Positions 51,524 to 59,920 of a DNA stretch of 64,000 nucleotides are shown in pieces. Under the pieces are notes generated by a model. It had not been told where the DNA came from and searched no databases. It saw only the letters and a program-made list of their open reading frames with translations. The first letter of the stretch is position 1; each line of letters starts with the position of its first letter. Where the stretch lies: assembly GCA_029838195.1 (NCBI GenBank), contig JALGVJ010000006.1:32001-96000 (forward strand), given 5' to 3'. Position numbers and translations under genes: made by a program. The DNA is from Promethearchaeota archaeon. Lineage in GTDB: Archaea; Asgardarchaeota; Lokiarchaeia; Sigyniarchaeales; SOKP01.

Positions 51524-52027
51524 TTAAGATTCACCTCCTCCCGTTGCAAGCTTCTTGTCAAATTGAGTACGGTGGAAGATTTTTTTTAATTCATCCAGTG
51601 GTGCATTGGTAATGACCGGCAAGCCCAGCTTTTCTCGCCGGGAAAGAATCGACTTGGAATAGGGAATGGCAATTCCATTGTCTAAAATAGCTTTTCCCTG
51701 GGCAATAAATGCCTCAGGAACTCTTCCTTTTTCAAAACACTTGTTTTTTATCAGAGTAAAGATTTCGGTCAATTCTACTTTCTGTGGGCAAAGTTCCACG
51801 CATTTCTGACAAGTTGAACAAAGCCAGGGGCTCGGATCTTGCTGCTCAATTAGTTTCTCATGGAATCCTAAAATGGCCTCCTCAATGATTTTTCTCGGAT
51901 TATACTTGCCATTTGTTAGCAAAGCCATGGGACATGCGCTCGAACACGTAGAACACTGAAAGCAGTAGCTCAGGGATGCGTTGTGTTGTAGTACTTCTTT
52001 TCTGAATTCAAAATCTATTACATTCAT
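51524..52027 (-). CDS. hdrC: Heterodisulfide reductase subunit C
   Basis: CFQCSTCSSACP, NPRKII, WLCSTCQKCVELCP, RREKLGLP. Confidence 0.95.
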   Translation of the reverse strand: MNVIDFEFRKEVLQHNASLSYCFQCSTCSSACPMALLTNGKYNPRKIIEEAILGFHEKLIEQQDPSPWLCSTCQKCVELCPQKVELTEIFTLIKNKCFEKGRVPEAFIAQGKAILDNGIAIPYSKSILSRREKLGLPVITNAPLDELKKIFHRTQFDKKLATGGGES

Positions 52028-52290
52028 GGTTTTTTACCATTTATATTTTTCTTTTTAGATTTTAGATCATCTATTTTCATATTTTATTGCTTTCGATAAT
52101 GTTAATAATAGTTTATTGTCATTATTTATAAAAATTACTATTTATGGTATTAGGTCGGGAAAAATGTTTCAAGGTCGATCATTAATAATGGTATATTGTT
52201 TGATATTGTTCTGAATGATCTAAGAGGAATCATATAATGATGAAAATTATGGTTTCTGAAAAATATAATCATGATAATTTTGTGAAAATG

Positions 52291-52308
52291 ATCATATTTA
52301 AATATGAT
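52291..52308. promoter_or_regulatory. Perfect 18 bp palindrome containing a TATA-like core, in the divergent hdrC / Cys-rich gene spacer
   Basis: atcatatttaaatatgat equals its own reverse complement; a regulatory role is inferred from position only. Confidence 0.45.
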
Positions 52309-52368
52309 AGTTACTAATAATGATAATAGGTACAAAAAATTAAATATAAAAAAAAAGTTGTAAGACAC

Positions 52369-52656
52369 ATGTGTAATTATTGCGATTGTGAAAACATGCA
52401 TCTTTGTTCCATAGTGGGAACGATTCCTTTAGGCTTTTGTTGCCCAAAATGCGTGTATTATAATGAAGAGCACGCGTGCTATAGATCTCAATGGAACGTG
52501 GAAAGCAGAATTCCTAGTAGCTTGAAAAGTGAATCGGGAAAATTAATATTATTTCCTGAGAAATTTTGTCTTAAAACCGCACGAAACACCCAACTAGAAG
52601 AGCTGAAAGAAGAAGAGACCGAAGAAGAGCTCGAAGTTTATAACGAACATCAATAA
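52369..52656 (+). CDS. Small Cys-rich putative metal-binding protein, paralog 1
   Basis: 8 Cys + His in the first 37 aa, shared with the next gene; acidic tail. Confidence 0.75.
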   Translation: MCNYCDCENMHLCSIVGTIPLGFCCPKCVYYNEEHACYRSQWNVESRIPSSLKSESGKLILFPEKFCLKTARNTQLEELKEEETEEELEVYNEHQ

Positions 52657-52731
52657 ATTAATCTGAAATTAATTTAAAAGGAATTAATCCGGAAGGAATT
52701 AAAGATTAATAATATAAAGGAGTGAAAAGAA

Positions 52732-53004
52732 ATGTGTCAAAATTGTAATTGTGAATTTCGTGAGCAGTGTTCAATCGTCGGGTATATTACCTCGCCCGGA
52801 TTTTGTTGTGAAAAATGTTTTTTATATGATGCGAAACATACTTGCTTACTTTCCCGGACGCACTCAAAACGTGCCGAAGAGAAAAGAGATTTAGAGGAAT
52901 TATGCCCTATTAGCACCAAAATTGAGGGGGGCATTTTAAAAGTGGTAATTGAGCAGAAAGGCAAGAGGATCCCCATTTTAATTGATTTGCAAAAACATTT
53001 ATGA
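52732..53004 (+). CDS. Small Cys-rich putative metal-binding protein, paralog 2
   Basis: Same CxxCxCx5CSIVG..GFCCxKCxxYxxxHxC motif; GGAGTGA RBS upstream. Confidence 0.78.
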   Translation: MCQNCNCEFREQCSIVGYITSPGFCCEKCFLYDAKHTCLLSRTHSKRAEEKRDLEELCPISTKIEGGILKVVIEQKGKRIPILIDLQKHL

Positions 53005-53356
53005 GTCAAAAGAACTCGAGATAGATTTCCAAGGAAACATGAGTTTGAAGGGATTGTCATTCTAAAGGATGCAATTTAGTCATGGAGCTATAATCACTCC
53101 ATTGGAACATTTCTTCATAATTTTGAGAGGAAGAATAGATGCTTTTTTCATGAAATTAGAATGAAGAAAGTATGGCATTACACTATTTTTTATACCATGT
53201 TTTTTACCCTTCGGATTCTTTTCTAAAAATTTTAATAGAAGTGTTTAAATTATGATAATATTGAACAGTTGTTTTACTTGAAATTTACTTGAACTATAAA
53301 AATTCGAACGAGAAGAAAATAACCATGAATCAGAAATTGAGGCAGATGGAGGTATC

Positions 53357-53902
53357 GTGAGCATGGAAGAGGAGGAAAGGGGTTTTGTGTTTAAGATTAC
53401 CGTGATTGGTGATGGCGCTGTCGGGAAAACATCCCTTATTAAGAAATACACGCAAGGAAGTTTTCAGAAAGATTATATCAAGACATTAGGAGCACAATTT
53501 TCAAAATATGACGAGAAGATTAATGGAGATAACGTGAAGCTCTTTTTTTGGGATATTGCAGGCCAAGCTGAGTTCATGTTCATGAGGCCAACTTTCTATA
53601 AGGGCAGTAAAGCAGCGATTATCGTATTTTCCCACGGACCGGGTGAAGAAGAGTCATTTAATCACGTAAAAAATTGGCATGACGATATAAAGCAGTATTG
53701 CGGGGATTTACCCGTGATTTTATTCGGGAATAAAATTGATTTGGTGGACGAGAAGGAGTTGAACGATGAGCCGATTAAACAATTAGTTAAGGAGAGGAAT
53801 TTCCTGGGATACTACAAGACTTCTGCGAAAACGGGAGAAGGCGTATACGAAGGATTTCAGACGATCATTAAGGAGTTACATGCGAGATATAAGGACATGT
53901 AA
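53357..53902 (+). CDS. Rab-like small GTPase
   Basis: GDGAVGKT, TLG, WDIAGQ, NKID, TSAK; GGAGGT RBS. Confidence 0.94.
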   Translation: MSMEEEERGFVFKITVIGDGAVGKTSLIKKYTQGSFQKDYIKTLGAQFSKYDEKINGDNVKLFFWDIAGQAEFMFMRPTFYKGSKAAIIVFSHGPGEEESFNHVKNWHDDIKQYCGDLPVILFGNKIDLVDEKELNDEPIKQLVKERNFLGYYKTSAKTGEGVYEGFQTIIKELHARYKDM

Positions 53903-53936
53903 ACATGGAATAACGAATAGCGGCTAAAAGAGGAGA

Positions 53937-54224
53937 ATGACAACAAAACGAGGATATCCTGTTATACTTTTTTTCAGTTCGGCGCATTGTCAGCCTTGCA
54001 AGCCAGTTGAAGAGATGTTGAAAAGGATCAACGTGTCGCTGTTTGGCAAGCGATTGACGATTGAGAAGATAGATATTGAAAAGAATCGGCAGCTGACGGA
54101 GAAGTACAGGATTACGTCCTTGCCGACTTTAATTATTGGGGATCGACGGCTTTCGATCCAGATTCAAGAACAAGAAATCATCGATGCGATCTTGAGTGCA
54201 TTCATTTCTTCAGTGAAGATTTAA
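53937..54224 (+). CDS. Thioredoxin-fold protein (CQPC)
   Basis: FFSSAHCQPC..V, KIDIE, SLPTL cis-Pro loop. Confidence 0.85.
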   Translation: MTTKRGYPVILFFSSAHCQPCKPVEEMLKRINVSLFGKRLTIEKIDIEKNRQLTEKYRITSLPTLIIGDRRLSIQIQEQEIIDAILSAFISSVKI

Positions 54225-54403
54225 AATAAAAATAGAGTTTTTAATCCATGGTCAAAGTAGGTTCATGTGAGGAGAGAAAAAAAAATAACCACCATCTTTG
54301 TTGAAAAAATTTCAGAACATTTAACATGAAAATGAATGAAAAAAAAGAAAAGGATAGAAAATTTAATTAGAATGGTAAAGGTAGCAAGAGGAAAGAAAAG
54401 AAA

Positions 54404-54883
54404 ATGAATCGTGCGTTACTTTCTCAAATTTTGAAAGAGATGAGAGAGCGTTTATTAAAGGGGGAGGAGATAGGCGACATGAAAGTGGGCGCCTTATTAG
54501 CCTTAGGGCATCAGCTCGAGGCGATTTTTTATTATTTAGGGCACGAATTAGGAACGTTTCTTCCTACCCGTGAGGAGAAAGATCCGACGAAGCTTTCGGG
54601 TGCGTTAGAAAAGGTAATACAGGAATATCATGTGGGGGAGGTGCTCATGGAGAAAAACACCCAAGAAATCATTCAGATGAAAATGAAAGGGCATTCCTCC
54701 GTTAAAGATTTAGTGGATAAGGGGATCAAGGCGGAAGGGAATTTTTGCTCGTTTGAAGCAGGGTTGTTGGCGGGTATGGTCGAGAAAATGAGCGGAATAC
54801 ACTGCTTCGCCCAGGAATTGAATTGCAGCTTGCAGACGGGAAAGGAATATTGTCAATTCATGATAGTATTTCAAACGGATTGA
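54404..54883 (+). CDS. V4R-domain protein (H-NOX/Bet3-like fold)
   Basis: YYLGHELG, CSFEAGLLAG, ELNC, CQF. Confidence 0.85.
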   Translation: MNRALLSQILKEMRERLLKGEEIGDMKVGALLALGHQLEAIFYYLGHELGTFLPTREEKDPTKLSGALEKVIQEYHVGEVLMEKNTQEIIQMKMKGHSSVKDLVDKGIKAEGNFCSFEAGLLAGMVEKMSGIHCFAQELNCSLQTGKEYCQFMIVFQTD

Positions 54884-54935
54884 ATGATAAATGATATAAG
54901 GCTAAAAATAGGGATCGTGATCTCTCATCTTTTCT

Positions 54936-55325
54936 ATGGATGATAATAAAGCATTAAAGAAGCATTTGGTTAAATGTCGCACGTGTGATAATTATTATTT
55001 CAAGCATGAATTAATACCTTGCGATATTTGTCAGGAATTTCATTGTCCTGAATGCACCATAATAGCAGGGCGCAAGGGCACCACGTGTCGAACTTGTTTT
55101 AATGATTTGCCGGAGGCAGAACAAAAAGAAATTGCTGCTTTAGCGAAAAAGCTGCGTTTTTGGGCGGGAAAGGGTTATTATTTTTTAATTGTCTTAGTAG
55201 CTGCCACGATGTTTAGTTTTAGCTTGATCCTTTTAAATCGATGGTTTTTCCTCGTGGGACTCGTGTTGGTCGTGATTGATTTTTTTTATGGTTATCGTCT
55301 TTTTAAGTTCCTCTCGAACGGATGA
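54936..55325 (+). CDS. 8-Cys zinc-finger (FYVE/rabphilin/B-box-like) protein with two C-terminal TM helices
   Basis: CRTC-x11-CDIC-x4-CPEC-x10-CRTC followed by two hydrophobic segments. Confidence 0.75.
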   Translation: MDDNKALKKHLVKCRTCDNYYFKHELIPCDICQEFHCPECTIIAGRKGTTCRTCFNDLPEAEQKEIAALAKKLRFWAGKGYYFLIVLVAATMFSFSLILLNRWFFLVGLVLVVIDFFYGYRLFKFLSNG

Positions 55326-55418
55326 AATAAAGGGAGATGTCATTATTTAAAAATGGGAATTCTTACTATTATAATGTAAAAAAAATTATCGAATAATAAT
55401 AGGAAGAAGTTTGCTCCC

Positions 55419-55952
55419 ATGGTAGAGGTAGAACCTAATTTTAAGTTCAAGATCGTGCTTTTGGGCAATCCTGGAGTTGGAAAAACGTCCCTTGTATATA
55501 GATTTATAGAAAATAAGTTTAGAAGCGACTACAAGTCTACTTTAGGCGTGAATTTATTGAAAAAAGAGATAAAGTATAATGAAAAAGTAATTTCTCTTCA
55601 AATATGGGATCTTGGAGGCCAAGAATCTTTTCGATCTTTGCGTAAATTATATTTAGAGGGTTCTCATGGAGGATTTTTAGTTTTTGACTTGACCAATAAA
55701 AAATCTTTTGAGGATCTTCCCGAATGGATGGGGGATTTTAAAAATATTAGAGGAGAGCTTCCTTTAATTCTTATAGGAAATAAACGAGATTTATCCGATA
55801 GCGTTCAAGTAGAGGACGGACAAGTGGAAGAATTTGCAAAAACACATGATTTAACCCATTACATTACTTCAGCAAAAACGGGAGAGGGCGTGGAGGATGC
55901 GTTTTTGGAATTGACTAAAAGTATTTTAGAATTAACCGTCACCAACGTTTAA
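55419..55952 (+). CDS. Rab-like small GTPase
   Basis: GNPGVGKT, TLGV, WDLGGQ, NKRD, TSAK. Confidence 0.94.
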   Translation: MVEVEPNFKFKIVLLGNPGVGKTSLVYRFIENKFRSDYKSTLGVNLLKKEIKYNEKVISLQIWDLGGQESFRSLRKLYLEGSHGGFLVFDLTNKKSFEDLPEWMGDFKNIRGELPLILIGNKRDLSDSVQVEDGQVEEFAKTHDLTHYITSAKTGEGVEDAFLELTKSILELTVTNV

Positions 55953-56171
55953 ATAAATGCCTCATTTTAATTAATACATGATTTTCCATTTTATCCTTCT
56001 ACTCGGACTATTTTATTGGGGAAAATAAATTCATGGTTCTTGTTACTTTCTGATTTTATGATGGAAATGAGCGTGCTTTTATCATCTTATTGAGGATATA
56101 TGGGGATCTATGGCATCATGTACATCTAGATAATACTTCTTTTTTTCAATGAAGGAAAAAATTACCTCTTT

Positions 56172-56459
56172 ATGAAACTTCCGTTTTTTGAGGAGCAAGC
56201 AAGAGAATTTCTAGATGCGTTAATAAAACACCAATGTCCAAGGTGTAGTTCTCGTTTGTTCATGGATGATCAGAGGGATTCGGTGTACGTGTCGTGTAAA
56301 AGGGATTATCATCATTTTAGGATATCAGGGTTTAAAGACTTGTATACGGGAAATCTCGTGTTGATGTATTTTAATGATGGGGAGGAGGGAATAATAAATA
56401 AGAAGCTCTTAAAGAAATTTCAGAAAATCTTATATCGAAGAATTCCAAGAACTTTTTAA
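56172..56459 (+). CDS. Small putative Zn-ribbon protein
   Basis: CPRC ... CKRDYHH. Confidence 0.6.
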   Translation: MKLPFFEEQAREFLDALIKHQCPRCSSRLFMDDQRDSVYVSCKRDYHHFRISGFKDLYTGNLVLMYFNDGEEGIINKKLLKKFQKILYRRIPRTF

Positions 56460-56583
56460 CGGGGAATTTGCAGAAAAATTAAGAATTTATGGAAAAATTC
56501 TACATTTTTTGAAAGATTAATTTTTTAGATCATTTTATAATTTCTTCAGATTTAAGCAAAAAGGAAATAAAGGGAAGATATAT

Positions 56584-57114
56584 TCATTCCAAGGAAATTA
56601 CTTTTAATATGGATTTAATTAAATTTTTGAATGCGTTTTCCACGTTTTCCCCTGTCTTAGCGGAGGTGATGATTAGTTGCAAGTTTAATTTATCCGCATA
56701 TGCTTGAGCTTCTTCTTTTGAAACTTTCATGTTTACTTTTAAATCGGCTTTATTTCCAATAAGTACGAGGGGCCATTTATCTCCGAGGATTTCTCTAAAG
56801 TCATTGATCCAATCCTCTAATTTTTCAAAACTTTTACGGTTGGTAACATCAAACACCACTAATGCCCCATTCGCACCTTCTAGGTACAATTTCCTGAGAG
56901 AACGAAAGGATTCCTGGCCTCCTAGATCCCAGACTTGAGTAGACACTTCATTATTATCAATTTTTAGGTCTTTTTTCATGAGATTTACTCCGAGAGTGGC
57001 TTTATAAGAATTACTAAATGTATTTTCGATAAATCGATGTGCAAGCGAGGTTTTTCCCACATTAGCTTCACCAAGCAAGCAGCATTTCAAAATCCAATTT
57101 TTATCTTCACTCAA
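56584..57114 (-). CDS. Rab-like small GTPase
   Basis: GEANVGKT, TLGV, WDLGGQ, NKAD, TSAK. Confidence 0.94.
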   Translation of the reverse strand: MSEDKNWILKCCLLGEANVGKTSLAHRFIENTFSNSYKATLGVNLMKKDLKIDNNEVSTQVWDLGGQESFRSLRKLYLEGANGALVVFDVTNRKSFEKLEDWINDFREILGDKWPLVLIGNKADLKVNMKVSKEEAQAYADKLNLQLIITSAKTGENVENAFKNLIKSILKVISLE

Positions 57115-57477
57115 TTTCTTATTCCCCCTTAATTTTTCAATATAGTATTGATTTAGTCATCATGACAAGTTAGAAATATTCTTTTAAATGAAAGAATTAC
57201 AAAAAATTGTTATATTAAAAACAAGATCAATACTTTAATAAATCTTTCTACTCTTTTACCAATATTTATCTCAGAGTTCTTCTTTAAATCTCGGGGTGTT
57301 AAATATAATGCTTTCAATATTCTCTACATTCCATTTCAGGAAAAAATTTAAGGTCAAGATATTTTTTTTAAGAAAAAGATCGTGAAACATGCCTTTCACG
57401 ATTAAAGATACATGCTGCCGTGATATTTTTAGAAAAGGAGAAGGGATTAGGGCTAAGAAAAAAGAGTGTTAAAGAAC

Positions 57478-57750
57478 TCAAAAGGCGTATTCAAAACTCG
57501 TGAATTTATTCGTGGGTTCCTTAAATTCGTATTCTACCCGTTCGACGCGAGCATGCCGTGGACCTTTTTTAGCAAATTCTAACAATTCCAATAATTTATC
57601 TTCGGGGCCTTCAGCTTCAATATAAACGCTTCCATCGGGCATGTTTTTAACATGACCCGTGAGTCCCAATTTTCGAGCGATTTTGCGGGTCGTATAACGA
57701 AAAAACACGCCTTGTACTAATCCATATACTTTTATTATAATCCTTTTCAT
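57478..57750 (-). CDS. acyP: Acylphosphatase
   Basis: GLVQGVFFR, GHVKNMPDGSV, GPRHARV. Confidence 0.96.
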   Translation of the reverse strand: MKRIIIKVYGLVQGVFFRYTTRKIARKLGLTGHVKNMPDGSVYIEAEGPEDKLLELLEFAKKGPRHARVERVEYEFKEPTNKFTSFEYAF

Positions 57751-57843
57751 AATCCTATAAGAAAGTCTTCAATTTTTTACGGCATGATTTTATAATTTTA
57801 ATATTAAGTTCTCATTAAATTTAAACGGTTGCATGAAACTCGT

Positions 57844-58977
57844 TCAATTTTCTGTGAGTTTTTTCATGATTTCTATGTACTCATTTAAGGCTTGTGGGGA
57901 TATTTCCGGAGAAATATCCAGAGCAAAGATTTCTTTAGCAATGCGTTCCACGATGGGGAGCTGTATTACATCATACTTCATTTTTTTTCCATAAAATGGA
58001 CAGCTCCACGGACAACCTTTCGGATACCCTAATTTATGTTTAAATAATTTGGTTTTATACAGCGGTTCGGGATATAAGGTTTTGCTCTGGGGAAATTTTT
58101 CTAAAAATTGGGTTTTATTCATTTTAATTATTTCAGGATGGAGTTTACCAATCCAATAATTAAAGGCGGGCTTGCAATAATCAGGGACGTGCGGAGGACT
58201 AATGCCTTTAATATTTTCCACGTTTTTTGATAAATAGAATGCATTTTGATTTCTTTTTTCAATGAATTTATCTAATTTTTTTAGCTGCACCACACCAATG
58301 GCTCCTTGGACTTCCGTCATTCTATAATTCCAGCCAAGACGCTCATACACGTACCAAGCCGATTCTCCATGATGCCGTATCAGCCTACATTGTTCTGCTA
58401 ACTCATCGTCATTGGTGATGATCATCCCTCCTTCTCCCGTCGTCATATTTTTAGAAGGATAAAAACTGAAAGTTCCTAAATCTCCGATGGAACCTACTTT
58501 TTTGCCTCGATACTCTGCGCCGTGGGCCTGACAAGCATCTTCGATCACGTGCAGATCATGTTGTTCAGCGAGGTCCATGATAGGATCCATATCGGCAGAG
58601 ATGCCGGCTAAATGCACGGGAATAATGGCTCTTGTTTTTTCCGTGATCTGTTTTTCAACGGAATTCGGGTCCAACGTGTAGGTTTTCTCATCAATATCTG
58701 CAAACACGGGGATGGCATTATTATGGATGATCGTGCTGGCAGTTGCGATGAAAGTAAAAGGGGGAATAATGATTTCATCCCCTGGACCAATATCGAGTGA
58801 AGCGATGGCTACATGGAGAGCCGCCGTCCCAGAATTTACACCTATGGCATGCTTTACACCACAATAGCGAGCAAATTGTTTTTCAAACTCCCGAACTACC
58901 TCACCTGTTAAAAGGCTGAGTTGTTGAGAGCGTAATACTTTTTCCACTTCTTTTATTTCTTCTTCTGATAATTGCAT
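57844..58977 (-). CDS. DegT/DnrJ/EryC1/StrS aminotransferase
   Basis: NSGTAAL, FTFIAT, EDACQAHG, FSFYPSKNMTTGEGG, GWNYRM. Confidence 0.94.
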   Translation of the reverse strand: MQLSEEEIKEVEKVLRSQQLSLLTGEVVREFEKQFARYCGVKHAIGVNSGTAALHVAIASLDIGPGDEIIIPPFTFIATASTIIHNNAIPVFADIDEKTYTLDPNSVEKQITEKTRAIIPVHLAGISADMDPIMDLAEQHDLHVIEDACQAHGAEYRGKKVGSIGDLGTFSFYPSKNMTTGEGGMIITNDDELAEQCRLIRHHGESAWYVYERLGWNYRMTEVQGAIGVVQLKKLDKFIEKRNQNAFYLSKNVENIKGISPPHVPDYCKPAFNYWIGKLHPEIIKMNKTQFLEKFPQSKTLYPEPLYKTKLFKHKLGYPKGCPWSCPFYGKKMKYDVIQLPIVERIAKEIFALDISPEISPQALNEYIEIMKKLTEN

Positions 58978-59072
58978 GATAGGGATTATCCACCTGATAG
59001 TTTAAATTTGAAGATTAAATTAAAAAAGATATTTTCATTCATGAAGGCATTCCCACATTTCATGATTACAGC

Positions 59073-59711
59073 TTAAAGCATGAGGTAATAACTATCTCTA
59101 TTAGGATTATAAGATATGATTTTCTCTTTGAGTAATGATTTTATCACCGTGGTGATCCAAGAATCGCTGGCTCTTATAGCTTTTTTCAAATCTTTAATGG
59201 TCAATTGATCATTTTGAATAAGGAGGAGAAGAATTTTATTTCTTACACTCAACCGTTTGGAGTTCAAGATTTTCTTAAACCGTTCTTCCATATCAAAAAG
59301 TTTTAATTTTAGGGTCATGACTTCATTACTTAATTTCAATATGACCTCATCCGTGGTTCTAAATACTCTTAAACTGAGATTAAATACTTTTTCCAAGTTA
59401 GCTTTCATGGCTTCTTCCGATTCGGGGTATTTTTCCAATTCTTTATTAAATTCGGCAAGAACTTCCCTATAATCACTACCATTATCATATTTATCCAAGA
59501 CTAATACGATTACTATCTCTTTATTCGGGTTATAAAAAGAAATGGAATTCCAGTTCTCTTCATTCGTAATGATATAAGATTCCACGAAGTTATGGGAGAT
59601 TTGAATCTGCTGAACAATATTTTGGGGAGTTTCTAAATCCTCGGGATATTTCATGTAGACCTCCCCGCCTTTAATCCTATCAAATTTTATGAGAAAAATA
59701 CCCTTAGGGAT
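59073..59711 (-). CDS. uDENN/longin-like domain + coiled coil + winged-helix protein; start extended to ATC
   Basis: The frame extends 19 codons upstream of the called ATG as IPKGIFLIKFDRIKGGEVY-MKYPE; C-terminal KILLLLIQNDQLTIKDLKKAI..WITTVIKSLLKEKII is wHTH-like. Confidence 0.6.
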   Translation of the reverse strand: MPKGIFLIKFDRIKGGEVYMKYPEDLETPQNIVQQIQISHNFVESYIITNEENWNSISFYNPNKEIVIVLVLDKYDNGSDYREVLAEFNKELEKYPESEEAMKANLEKVFNLSLRVFRTTDEVILKLSNEVMTLKLKLFDMEERFKKILNSKRLSVRNKILLLLIQNDQLTIKDLKKAIRASDSWITTVIKSLLKEKIISYNPNRDSYYLML

Positions 59712-59920
59712 TGTACTTCACATCCTCTTTTAACAATTCCTTTTAAATAATCCATAAACTTTATTAACCTATACCATTAGAAACAAGTTGATTCATGCAA
59801 TGCAATTATTCATGTTCATTCCGAAGCTTCCTATATTTTCTTATTTTTCTTAATTATTTAAATGTATCTTAAATCCCAATAGAACTAAAAAAATTTTTAT
59901 ATGTTCGAATAATAGTACAT

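Noticed and set aside
52737-53060. 107 aa antisense ORF over the second Cys-rich gene
   Set aside because: The plus-strand reading has an RBS and a motif conserved with its paralog; the antisense frame has neither
43354-54224. UGA-selenocysteine readthrough in hdrA, mvhD, thioredoxin or the Cys-rich genes
   Set aside because: All relevant Cys motifs lie in uninterrupted frames; the TGA ending the 52732 gene is not followed by a convincing continuation, and no SECIS could be supported by eye
58978-58992. Possible ATA start extending the DegT aminotransferase (IIPI-MQL)
   Set aside because: The AGGTGG element abuts the ATA directly and the ATG start is adequate; too weak to count as a third non-canonical start
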